NCBI GenBank assembly: GCA_964508785.1
Contig: CAZDVE010000002.1
Location: 47,721-111,720, forward strand
Reading direction: 5' to 3'
Length of the DNA: 64,000 bases
Source of the DNA: an uncultured Pirellulales bacterium
GTDB lineage: Bacteria > Planctomycetota > Phycisphaerae > Sedimentisphaerales > Anaerobacaceae
Below, piece after piece: positions 28,011 to 36,980 of the stretch; position 1 is the first letter of the stretch, and the number at the start of each line of letters is the position of its first letter. The notes under the pieces are model-generated. The model saw only the letters and a program-made list of their open reading frames with translations, was not told the DNA's origin and searched no databases. Made by a program: the position numbers and the translations under genes.

Positions 28011-29456
28011 CTAACGGACTCTCCCCAGCCACTTGATTTTCTTAAATGCAATCCAGCTCATTTTAAGCAGCAGCCAGCCGTGTCTGAACCTGCTGATATT
28101 GGTTTGGCCGTAAGCTCTTGCACGATAAGTCACCGGCACTTCCACGACTTTAAGGTTCTGCTTAATCGCTCCAAATATCAGGTCGAAGTCGCCGAAGGGA
28201 TCGAAATCACCGAAGTACGAACGGTTGGCTTCTATCAGTTCATAATCCTTTTTCCGAATCATTTTTGTTCCGCAAAGAGTGTCCTTGAATCTTTGCCCCA
28301 ACAGCCAGCTAAACAGCATCCCGAAGAATTTGTTTCCCAGAAGATTGAGAAAACGCATGGCCTCTTTTTCCATCGGATAAACAAGCCGTGAGCCGTTGAT
28401 AAATTCGCCCTTGCCGTCCCTCAGCGCCGCGAAAAACTTCAGCAAATCTTCGGGTGGAGCGGTCAGGTCTGCATCCTGAATAACAAGCACATCTCCTTCG
28501 GCGGCGGCGAAACCCTTTCTTACCGCATCTCCTTTACCAACGCCGCTGCCCTGTTGAATCAAACGAATTTTACGCTGCGGGTATTTCTCTATCTGGCGTT
28601 CAATCTCCTCCGTGGTACCGTCGGTGCTGTTGCCGTCCACGAAGATTATCTCCGTTTCGCGGCCCATTTGTGGAATTCGCGTCACTGCCTCTTCGATATT
28701 GCCGCGCTCATTTCTGCAGGGCACGATGACCGAGACCGACAAATCATCATCAGTTGCAGCTGCGACGGCCGGGCGGGCTATCACAAGATAAACCAAATTG
28801 AAAAAACGAAATACCGGCAAGATAGACAGAAAATAATTGCACAACGTTGTCAGAGGCGGAATCCGCTTCGGCATCATCAGATACGAAGTAGTGCGAATTA
28901 CATCAAAATCACTTAACTTGAGCAGGTTTTCAATATCATCCGGAGCAAGCCAGTTCTGATACGGATACGGCCGGCGAATCCCTAAAAGCGAACCTAAAGT
29001 CAGAATCCCCTCCCAAAGATAATTATAATAGGTAATTACAATCCGTGTATTGTCATTTGTCAACGGACGAATACCTTCGAGCACCTGCTGAATGTCATAC
29101 CAGCGACCGAGCGAATTACATATCAATATATAATCGAACTTTTCGTCAATCTGCAAATTGTGGGGGTCCATTGAGTAAAAGTTGAGGTGGCCGAAACGCC
29201 TTTTAGCTAATTCAATCAGTTCCGGGTCTTCATCAATCCCGACGCCGTAGCTCGGTTCTACTGCCGCGAGAAGATCACCGCATTCACAGCCGACATGTAA
29301 TACCCTGCTGTTCGGACGAACGACAAATTTGTAGATTTTATCCAGCCAGTTATAATAATAAGAGTTGCGTTTCCGCCAGGACGGCATCAAATCATCTGCC
29401 GACTTCTGCAGGTCGCCGTTAACGGGGCCGCTTTGTTTTTTGGCTTGTTCTGTCAT
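28011..29456 (-). CDS. Fusion protein: N-terminal SAM-methyltransferase domain, membrane linker, C-terminal family-2 glycosyltransferase domain
   Basis: N-terminus: VLHVGCECGDLLAAV...FDYILICNSL. Middle: hydrophobic segment LSILPVFRFFNLVYLVIA. C-terminus: GT2 signature SVIVPCRNERGNIEEAV...IIFVDGNSTDGT...VLVIQDADL. Confidence 0.8.
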   Translation of the reverse strand: MTEQAKKQSGPVNGDLQKSADDLMPSWRKRNSYYYNWLDKIYKFVVRPNSRVLHVGCECGDLLAAVEPSYGVGIDEDPELIELAKRRFGHLNFYSMDPHNLQIDEKFDYILICNSLGRWYDIQQVLEGIRPLTNDNTRIVITYYNYLWEGILTLGSLLGIRRPYPYQNWLAPDDIENLLKLSDFDVIRTTSYLMMPKRIPPLTTLCNYFLSILPVFRFFNLVYLVIARPAVAAATDDDLSVSVIVPCRNERGNIEEAVTRIPQMGRETEIIFVDGNSTDGTTEEIERQIEKYPQRKIRLIQQGSGVGKGDAVRKGFAAAEGDVLVIQDADLTAPPEDLLKFFAALRDGKGEFINGSRLVYPMEKEAMRFLNLLGNKFFGMLFSWLLGQRFKDTLCGTKMIRKKDYELIEANRSYFGDFDPFGDFDLIFGAIKQNLKVVEVPVTYRARAYGQTNISRFRHGWLLLKMSWIAFKKIKWLGRVR

Positions 29457-30532
29457 TGTTTTTCTATGCCGTCACCCAAAAGCTTGAGAATACCGTCGGC
29501 ATCGGGTCTTTCAATAACACCTTTATCGGTAATAATAGCGGTAATATCACGCGCTTCTGTAACATCGAAAGCCGGATTACAGACATTAACATCATTCGGA
29601 GCAGTCTGTGCACCAGCAAATGTAGTCACTTCCCCGGCATCTCTTTGCTCAATCGGGATTTCGGTTCCGCTTTTTATACTCAAATCGAATGTGCTTGAGG
29701 GAGCTGCAATATAAAACGGCACTTTATTCTCTCTTGCAAGTATGCTCAAACTATACGTGCCGATTTTATTCGCCGTGTCACCGTTAGCGGCGATCCGGTC
29801 CGCCCCCGTTATTACAGCGTTTATTTCGCCCTGCTTCATAAGCCAGCCGGCCATATTATCACATATAACAGTCACGTCAATACCGGCCTGTTTCAACTCC
29901 CACGCAGTCAAACGAGCGCCCTGTAATAACGGCCGGGTCTCATCTGCATAAACTCTGAATTTCTTCTTGTTCTTATGTGCCTCGAACAACACTGATAAAG
30001 CCGTCCCCTGTCCTGCTGTCGCAAGCGCACCGGCGTTGCAATGTGTCAGAACGCAGTCGCCCTGCTCGATAAATCTTTGGCCGTTTTCACCGATGCGACG
30101 ACACATATCAATATCCTCCCGGCAAATAGCGTTCGCCTCGGCAAAAATAGTATCACGCAAGTCTCGCAGTTCAGTATCAGGCCCGGCTGCAACAAATTGC
30201 TCTGCTCTCTTGCGAACTCTCTGTAGCACCCAGAAAAGATTTACCGCAGTCGGACGTGAAGAAGCCAGGTACTGAGCAGCATTCTCCAGTTTTTTCAATC
30301 CCTGTTCCAAACCATCGGCGTTATCTGACTTTTGCATAGCAAGCACAAGTCCGTAAGCGGCTGCAACGCCTATGGCCGGTGCGCCACGAACGGCAAGAGT
30401 CTTTATCGCATCGAAAAGAGATTCAATATCTCTACACTGCAATTTAACAAAATCAATCGGCAGCCGCCGTTGATTCACAATCTCCAGAAAACCATCAACG
30501 TCACCAATCCATTCGAGTGCTTTTACAATCAT
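29453..30532 (-). CDS. mtnA: S-methyl-5-thioribose-1-phosphate isomerase (eIF-2B alpha/beta/delta family)
   Basis: LEIVNQRRLP...IKTLAVRGAPAIGVAAAYG...SRPTAVNL...THCNAGALAT...VYADETRPLLQGARLTAWEL...GADRIAANGDTANKIGTY matches MtnA throughout. 4-nt overlap with the downstream gene. Confidence 0.85.
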   Translation of the reverse strand: MIVKALEWIGDVDGFLEIVNQRRLPIDFVKLQCRDIESLFDAIKTLAVRGAPAIGVAAAYGLVLAMQKSDNADGLEQGLKKLENAAQYLASSRPTAVNLFWVLQRVRKRAEQFVAAGPDTELRDLRDTIFAEANAICREDIDMCRRIGENGQRFIEQGDCVLTHCNAGALATAGQGTALSVLFEAHKNKKKFRVYADETRPLLQGARLTAWELKQAGIDVTVICDNMAGWLMKQGEINAVITGADRIAANGDTANKIGTYSLSILARENKVPFYIAAPSSTFDLSIKSGTEIPIEQRDAGEVTTFAGAQTAPNDVNVCNPAFDVTEARDITAIITDKGVIERPDADGILKLLGDGIEKQ

Positions 30533-30591
30533 AATATATTTCGCTATTCTAATCTCAATAGAACGCAGAGTGGAACATTCGACATTGAGGA

Positions 30592-32625
30592 CTAAGAGTA
30601 GATTTTTCCTTCCCTGTAATCCTGCCAGGCGGGCTCGAACGCCTTCCTTTCGGTCGGGGCCTGTCGTAATTCAACAACATTGCTTCTGAACAAATCCGGC
30701 GAGCCTTCATCGTATTCTATATGCAGGATGGAATTTCGTAACGATTCGTTCTCAGGTTTGAACTTCAAAGGTGCTTTTGTAGCCTTATCAATCACATCGG
30801 GATGTATCTGTATGCCATCCTGCGATAGGACCAAGTGCGAACCCCGCGAACCGCTGCCCTGTTTGAGCAATTCGACTACGGCCTTAAGATATCCAACACT
30901 TGCCAGTGCCAGATGTCCGGCCTGTATAGCCGCAATCAATGCTTTGGGCTTCTTTGAATTGAAGCCTTTTTCCTGTATGCTTTTGTAAAGTTCGAGAGCT
31001 TCTTTCAAAGCCTTTTGCGCATCATTCAACTCTCTTATGTGCCCCGCTGATGCGGTCATACGGCTTCGGATATCTTCGAAAACTTTTTTGGGATTCAAAC
31101 CGCTCTCGAGTTCAAACTTATCCATGCCGTTGACTATTTCGCTTATCTGCCTGTCAATTTCAGATTGATTGTCCGAATAATCCGGCATATCACAACCATA
31201 GGCATTAACAATATATTCGGCCGCTCGAAGCCCGCCGGTCTGACCGGCGTTGAGGGCCGAACCGCCGGGACGTTTGACGCCATGATTACCGGCCATCTCA
31301 CCGATAATAAAAGTATGGGCTATGTTGGACTGCCACCATTTATCGACGGCGAAACCGCCGTTGTTATGTTGGGCACAGACGGCAATCTCAAGCGGCTCAG
31401 AATACAAATCAATACCGTTCTCTTTATAAATCTCGATGGCGGGAGTATTCATGTGCGCCAACCGTTCGATAGGTGTTCTCTGCAATGCTCCGGCTTTTTG
31501 CAGATACTGCTTAGCTTCCGGTTCGAGTGCATTGATATCAAATTCATCCATAGAATTATTACCGATTGGATTTTTCAGAAAGTCCATATAGACCCGGCGG
31601 CCCTTCTGAATTTCGTTGAAAACAAGGACATCAATCAGCGACGATTTGAGGTTCTCGATACGCTGTGGGTCGAAGGGCCATTGATAACCTTTTAGAAAGA
31701 TATTCGTCGCCATCTTGCTCATGGACGGGAAAAAGTCCGTAAGAAAATCCCTCTCATCTTTGCCCCTGGCGCTGGTACTGAAAATACGCGGTATCGCCTG
31801 CATATAGGTGCCGGATACATTCCACCGGAATTTTATACTCGCCAGGCCAAACTGTAACTCGGTCAGATTGGCACCAATCAGGCCCGCCTTGAAAGCCAGG
31901 CCGTGGATTCCGAGCTGGCCGTTCGGATAGACCGTAGTTTTGAACAATTCACCCGGACCACCGGCAGCAAATACAATATTTGCACCCAGAAAAACATTTA
32001 TGGCCTGATTCGATTTACCGAGTTTTCTCTTATTGACAGTGACAATCCCGGCGATTCGTTTCGATTCTCCGGGGCCGACTGTTATCAAATGTGCCACTTC
32101 CTGCTTGTCGTGAATCCTGACGCCGTATTTTTTTAGCTGTTCCTGCAGGCACTCACTCATGAACTTACTCGTTTTGGGGCCGGCCGAAGTCGCTCGTTCG
32201 TACGGGTCGTGGTCCGTTTTGTAGCCGATGAAGGTACCCGAAGAATCCGTCGGAAACGGGACGCCTGCCTGAACTAAATGATAGAATTCGCGAAGTGAGC
32301 CGATTGCCTCGATAAGTGCCGAATCGCCGTGACAACACCCCGCAGCCGTAAGAGATCTTGCAAATTCCTCGGCACTGTCAGCGACATCCGGGCTGGTGCC
32401 GATTTTGTAATATGTTTGCTTATCCGAGCCGCTCATTCGCGATGCACCCAGGCCCAGGCCTGCAGTGACAACGGTGATTCTTTCCTTCGGATTTTTGACG
32501 CCCTTTTGCTCCATGAAATCACAAAGATGCACGGCACAGTTCATCCCCGCTGCCCCGGCGCCCACAATTATCGTATTATAACTATGAAAAGTAACTATCT
32601 GGTTACCTATTTGTTTTGTTTCCAT
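30592..32625 (-). CDS. FAD-dependent oxidoreductase, succinate dehydrogenase/fumarate reductase flavoprotein-like superfamily
   Basis: Dinucleotide-binding N-terminus YNTIIVGAGAAGMNCA, later FAAGGPGELF and IIGEMAGNHGVKRPGGSALNAGQTGG (FAD-binding C-terminal motif). Substrate unknown. Confidence 0.7.
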   Translation of the reverse strand: METKQIGNQIVTFHSYNTIIVGAGAAGMNCAVHLCDFMEQKGVKNPKERITVVTAGLGLGASRMSGSDKQTYYKIGTSPDVADSAEEFARSLTAAGCCHGDSALIEAIGSLREFYHLVQAGVPFPTDSSGTFIGYKTDHDPYERATSAGPKTSKFMSECLQEQLKKYGVRIHDKQEVAHLITVGPGESKRIAGIVTVNKRKLGKSNQAINVFLGANIVFAAGGPGELFKTTVYPNGQLGIHGLAFKAGLIGANLTELQFGLASIKFRWNVSGTYMQAIPRIFSTSARGKDERDFLTDFFPSMSKMATNIFLKGYQWPFDPQRIENLKSSLIDVLVFNEIQKGRRVYMDFLKNPIGNNSMDEFDINALEPEAKQYLQKAGALQRTPIERLAHMNTPAIEIYKENGIDLYSEPLEIAVCAQHNNGGFAVDKWWQSNIAHTFIIGEMAGNHGVKRPGGSALNAGQTGGLRAAEYIVNAYGCDMPDYSDNQSEIDRQISEIVNGMDKFELESGLNPKKVFEDIRSRMTASAGHIRELNDAQKALKEALELYKSIQEKGFNSKKPKALIAAIQAGHLALASVGYLKAVVELLKQGSGSRGSHLVLSQDGIQIHPDVIDKATKAPLKFKPENESLRNSILHIEYDEGSPDLFRSNVVELRQAPTERKAFEPAWQDYREGKIYS

Positions 32626-32660
32626 AATTTACATTCTCCCGTTTTTCGAATGGTGACTCG

Positions 32661-33446
32661 TTAATCCAGATTGAAATTTCTGCCTGTCGCCCGACTTATC
32701 TGTTCGACTGTGGCTTTGGAAAAATCCAATCCGGGATATTTATCCGCTCGAAGCCTGTCTATCATATGCTTGATGGTAGTTAATTCCTTTGCCAAAAGCT
32801 CGTAATCCTGATCATCGACAATTTTTTTCATCGTTGCTTTTTCTATCATGCTGAACGAACCGCCTAAGACCAGAACACCCACATCGATATATTCGGGTAT
32901 GTTCTCCGCGTTGGTCCCACCGGTCGGCACCAGGCTGATAGTTTTATGTATGGCCGGGTCGATTGCCTTGACAAACGCCGGGCCGCCGAGCTGCTTTGCG
33001 GGGAACACCTTACAAAGATTCGCTCCTTTTGAAAACTGGCCGACCACTTCGGTGGCCATTCCGCATCCCGGTATAATCGGAAGCCGCCCGGCATATTTTT
33101 TGAAGCTGGTGTCACTGAAATTGATTGCGGAGACAAGATAGCACGCACCCGCATCCACAACCTGGTCAACCGAAGGCAGCGGGTCCTCCGGATTGGCTTT
33201 ATTATAAACATTGAGCATATCGGAAAAGTCAATCAGGCTCGCTGTCCCGGCCGCGAAATCGGGCAATTCCTTGCGCAGGCGCGACAGCTTTTCCAGAGGC
33301 TGATTTATTCTACAGGTCACTTCCATATTATTTACGCCGGCCTTGATAAGAGCTTCGGCGGTCCTGACTATATCGAGCTTGTTCTGATTGAAAACAAGAA
33401 TAAAGCCGTCCCTTAATAGAGTCGTGATTGTTTCTTTGATATCCAT
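32661..33446 (-). CDS. KDPG/KHG (Eda-family) aldolase
   Basis: Aligns by eye to E. coli Eda landmarks: MEVTCR (LEVTLR, catalytic Glu), AAGTASL (GAGTV), IPGCGMATE (IPGISTVSE), CKVFPA (FKFFPA, Schiff-base Lys), PTGGT (PTGGI), GGSF (GGSW). Confidence 0.8.
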   Translation of the reverse strand: MDIKETITTLLRDGFILVFNQNKLDIVRTAEALIKAGVNNMEVTCRINQPLEKLSRLRKELPDFAAGTASLIDFSDMLNVYNKANPEDPLPSVDQVVDAGACYLVSAINFSDTSFKKYAGRLPIIPGCGMATEVVGQFSKGANLCKVFPAKQLGGPAFVKAIDPAIHKTISLVPTGGTNAENIPEYIDVGVLVLGGSFSMIEKATMKKIVDDQDYELLAKELTTIKHMIDRLRADKYPGLDFSKATVEQISRATGRNFNLD

Positions 33447-33458
33447 ACTGTTTGCTCC

Positions 33459-34256
33459 CTAAAGTCTTCTGAAATGAAAACCGCCATCGACGTTAATGAC
33501 CTGCCCGGTGGAAAAATCAAGCCTGCCTTCTGCGATAGCACCGACAGCTTTACCGATATCTTCGGGCTGGCCCCAACGCTTGATAGGAGTCAGGCCCTCT
33601 GCTATCAGCTTGTCGTATTTATCTTTCACCACGCTGGTCATATCGGTTGCGATGATTCCGGGCCTGATTTCAAATACTCCAATGCCGTATTCTGCAAGTC
33701 TGTCGGCGTACAGCATCGTCATCATACTGACACCCGCTTTGCTCACACAATACTCGCCACGCCCAGGTGAGCTGGTGTACGCCGATAACGAACTTGTGTT
33801 TACAATCCGAAACGCCCGCTCGGGATTTTGTTTTTGCTGCTCAATCATCCAGTTAGCCACCTGCTGAGTCAAAAAATACGGCCCCTTGAGATTTATTCGC
33901 AGTACTCTGTCGAAGCTCTCTTCGGTCGCTTCGAGAAGGTCCAGCCTTTTCAAAGGAGCGACTCCGGCGTTATTTACCAGCATATCGCATCTGCCGAATT
34001 CGCTCTTAGCCAGACTTACAAGACTGTCACGGTCTTCGGCGCTGCTGACATCGCCTCTTAGAATCTCGCATTTTGCTCCGAGGTCCTGAATTTCTTTTCG
34101 CGTTTGCAGTGCCCTGGAATCATCCGGCTTACCATCGGCGTCAAAGTCAAAATGGTTCAACACGAGGTCGAAACCGAGCGAAGCCAGCTCCATCGCAATG
34201 CCTTTTCCAATGCCGCGACTTGCTCCTGTTACGATTGCTACAGGTCTTTCTTTCAT
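33459..34256 (-). CDS. Short-chain dehydrogenase/reductase (SDR) family oxidoreductase
   Basis: [16 protein letters not shown] cofactor motif, NNAG, catalytic YCVSKAG. Confidence 0.85.
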   Translation of the reverse strand: MKERPVAIVTGASRGIGKGIAMELASLGFDLVLNHFDFDADGKPDDSRALQTRKEIQDLGAKCEILRGDVSSAEDRDSLVSLAKSEFGRCDMLVNNAGVAPLKRLDLLEATEESFDRVLRINLKGPYFLTQQVANWMIEQQKQNPERAFRIVNTSSLSAYTSSPGRGEYCVSKAGVSMMTMLYADRLAEYGIGVFEIRPGIIATDMTSVVKDKYDKLIAEGLTPIKRWGQPEDIGKAVGAIAEGRLDFSTGQVINVDGGFHFRRL

Positions 34257-34289
34257 TTTTCCAAATCCTCTAAATATAAAACAACAAAG

Positions 34290-36938
34290 TTATTTGCTCA
34301 AATAATCATCAATTTCTTTGGCTGCTTTCATACCATCCGCAACGGCCGCTACAACGGTAGATGCCCCTCTCACGAGGTCCCCGCCGGCAAAAACTCCCTT
34401 CAATGAAGTCTGTAATGTCCCCTGCTTTGTTTTAATAAGTCCCTTTGCCAGTTCCACTCCCGGCAGAATTTTACCAAGCTCGGCCGGCGACTTCTGACCT
34501 ATCGCTTCTACAACTATATCCATATCAAGCTCATAGGCGCTCGACTCGATGTTTACCGGCCTGCGCCGGCCCGAAGCATCAGGTTCACCAAGCCGGGTCG
34601 GGCAAACGGCAATCGACTTTAATTTACCGTTTGAACGATTGAATCTAAGCGGCTGGGTCAATATCAGAAAATGAACACCCTCACTTATCGCGGTATCGCG
34701 CTCGGCGTCCCAGGCCGGCATTTCCTGAAACGAACGGCGATATATCAGGTAAACATCTTTGGCACCCAGACGTTTGGCTGTCACCGCCACATCTATTGCA
34801 GTATTACCGCCGCCTATCGCAGCGACAGATTCGCCGCTCAGATCCAGCTTGCCCGGCTCTCTGGCCGCGGAAAGAAAATCCATCGCATTCCACAAGCCCG
34901 CGATTTCTTCATTATTGTCACTGATTCCGACGGCTTTCGGCAGACCCAGGCCGATAAAAACGGCATCGAATTTTTCCTTTATTACAGTATCCAGATTGAA
35001 TTTTTCGTTCAATTTGGTGCCCAGACGCAGAACCATCCGGTCCCCAGGGACATCGGCGAAAACGGCCGCGATTTCATTGTTTAGTGAGTTACTTTGTCTA
35101 TCCAGCGGGATAACCGATTCGACCATTCCACCTAATTCGGTGCTCTTATCGAATATTGTCACAGTGTGCCCCGCTTCGAGCAATTTGGCGGCACAGGCCA
35201 ATCCTGCAGGACCGGCTCCGACAACGGCGACATTTTTACCGGTTGATTTTTTTGGTATTCGCAGTTTCGACCAGCCGTTCTTATTAGCCATCTCCGACAA
35301 ATACCTCTGAATATCGGCAATCGGCAAAGGCCCGTCACCAATAAAGCCCTGCAGACAATTACCCTCGCACTGATGCTCGACCGGACATAGCCAGGCACAG
35401 ACTTCAGGAAATACATTCGATTCTCTTATTACCTCGTACGCCTCTTTTTCTTTACCATCCAGGAACAAACTGATAAATTTCGGTATGTCTATACCGGCAG
35501 GACATGCCAGTTGACATGTCGGCTCCTGACACTTGCGACATTCGGAGGCAAGGCGAACGAGATTGTCCCTGTCACTCATTCTGCCGTGCTCGAATATCGG
35601 CCCATATACCTTATTGTCCCGAACAACACAGCCCGTCATGCCGGCGTCGCGCATTATCTGCGTACATGCGCTGCAACCGACACAGACTTTATCAGGGAAC
35701 ATTCTGCCTTTGGTGAGAATGTCCTTTGGAAAATCCGGATATGCGAATGACATCCGACCGCCGCCTACAAGGCTGATAAGTCCCTTCGATTTATTCGCCG
35801 CCCCAACATTAGCCATCAAAGTCCGCAGCCAACTGTATCCGGTGCCCACAAATGCAATATCGGGGAATTGCTTTTGTATTTCGCCGGTTATATTGACCAA
35901 TCTTGTCACGCCCACCAGTGGATGTTCCGGCTCTTCATATCCCCCGACTATCGGCTCATTGAAGGGTCTTCCCACATGCGGATTGTAATAAGGATTTGCT
36001 ATGGTGATATTAATAAGTCCGACGCCTCGTTTCTGCAAAAGACCTATGAGCTTCTTTGGCTCTGTCAAATCCGGCTTAGTATAATCATCTTTATCGACAC
36101 TCCACCCATAGGGATACGGTATGGCGTCGTACAGGCCGAGCCTGGTAGCAACAGTTTTATCCTCGCCAAGCTCATTATGGATTTTATCAATAACCTCCAG
36201 AAGGAATCTGGTTCGATTCTCAAAAGAACCTCCGTATTTGCCGTCTCTTTCGTAACAGGACAACAACTCGTTGATAAGATAACCGTGACATGCCTTCACA
36301 TCGACAGCGTCGAAACCGACCTCAAAGGCGATTCTTGCCGCTTCGACATAGGCATCCTGCAATTTGTCGAGATAATCATCCGTTACAAGGGGCCAATCAT
36401 CCGGTATCCTGCTTTTTCTGTTCGGGTCTGGCTTTTGCTGTGGTATAAGTGGGTCGCGGTAAGGATCTCTTCGCGGTATGATTGGTTGTGCAATGCCTTC
36501 CGGCTTACTGTACCTTCCTGAGTGCGTAAGCTGCATAACAATTACAGGTTTGTGGTCTGACCCCATGCTCTCGGCTGCAACCTGCCGCATCCGCCGGGCC
36601 ATTTGTGCAAAACTATCTCTGCTCTTATCGTTTAGCCACAATTGCCTCGGATTGGCCCTGCCCTCCGGGACGACCGCTGTTGCTTCGGCCCATAGCAAAC
36701 CGGCACCACCTGCGGCAAACCTTTCATATCGACGAACCGTTAATTTTCCGGGCCTGCCCTGTGAATCGCCGTCACAACCTTCCATAGGATGAACAGCCAG
36801 CGAATTTGGTATAACAAGTCTACCGAGTTTAACAGGCTCGGCCAGGACGGAAATATCTTCTATCGCCTCAATAGAAACACCGATTTTTTTGCCGAGTTGT
36901 TTTAAGTCTTCAATATCTGACAATTGAAATTCCCACAT
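34290..36938 (-). CDS. Three-module flavoprotein: Old-Yellow-Enzyme-like FMN oxidoreductase, Cys-cluster region, GltD/PreT-like NAD(P)H-FAD oxidoreductase
   Basis: N-terminus: OYE-type TIM barrel (HPMEGCDGD...MQLTHSGRY...DVKACHGYLINELLS). Middle: CVGCSACTQ and CRKCQEPTCQLACPAGIDIPKFI (GltD-type Fe-S motif). C-terminus: VAVVGAGPAGLACAAKLLEAGHTVTIFDK and VFAGGDLVRGASTVV. ATG at 36938 (MWEFQ, AAGGA upstream) is preferred over 36980, which abuts the uvrA stop. Confidence 0.8.
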   Translation of the reverse strand: MWEFQLSDIEDLKQLGKKIGVSIEAIEDISVLAEPVKLGRLVIPNSLAVHPMEGCDGDSQGRPGKLTVRRYERFAAGGAGLLWAEATAVVPEGRANPRQLWLNDKSRDSFAQMARRMRQVAAESMGSDHKPVIVMQLTHSGRYSKPEGIAQPIIPRRDPYRDPLIPQQKPDPNRKSRIPDDWPLVTDDYLDKLQDAYVEAARIAFEVGFDAVDVKACHGYLINELLSCYERDGKYGGSFENRTRFLLEVIDKIHNELGEDKTVATRLGLYDAIPYPYGWSVDKDDYTKPDLTEPKKLIGLLQKRGVGLINITIANPYYNPHVGRPFNEPIVGGYEEPEHPLVGVTRLVNITGEIQKQFPDIAFVGTGYSWLRTLMANVGAANKSKGLISLVGGGRMSFAYPDFPKDILTKGRMFPDKVCVGCSACTQIMRDAGMTGCVVRDNKVYGPIFEHGRMSDRDNLVRLASECRKCQEPTCQLACPAGIDIPKFISLFLDGKEKEAYEVIRESNVFPEVCAWLCPVEHQCEGNCLQGFIGDGPLPIADIQRYLSEMANKNGWSKLRIPKKSTGKNVAVVGAGPAGLACAAKLLEAGHTVTIFDKSTELGGMVESVIPLDRQSNSLNNEIAAVFADVPGDRMVLRLGTKLNEKFNLDTVIKEKFDAVFIGLGLPKAVGISDNNEEIAGLWNAMDFLSAAREPGKLDLSGESVAAIGGGNTAIDVAVTAKRLGAKDVYLIYRRSFQEMPAWDAERDTAISEGVHFLILTQPLRFNRSNGKLKSIAVCPTRLGEPDASGRRRPVNIESSAYELDMDIVVEAIGQKSPAELGKILPGVELAKGLIKTKQGTLQTSLKGVFAGGDLVRGASTVVAAVADGMKAAKEIDDYLSK

Positions 36939-36980
36939 TATCTTTATCCTTTTGTTTACGAACCTACTCTCAGATGCCAA

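Noticed and set aside
34759-36521. Several 100-217-aa plus-strand ORFs (34759..35310, 35533..35988, 35868..36521)
   Set aside because: All lie antisense to the OYE-GltD fusion gene, whose frame carries unambiguous cofactor-binding motifs. The antisense products are low complexity.
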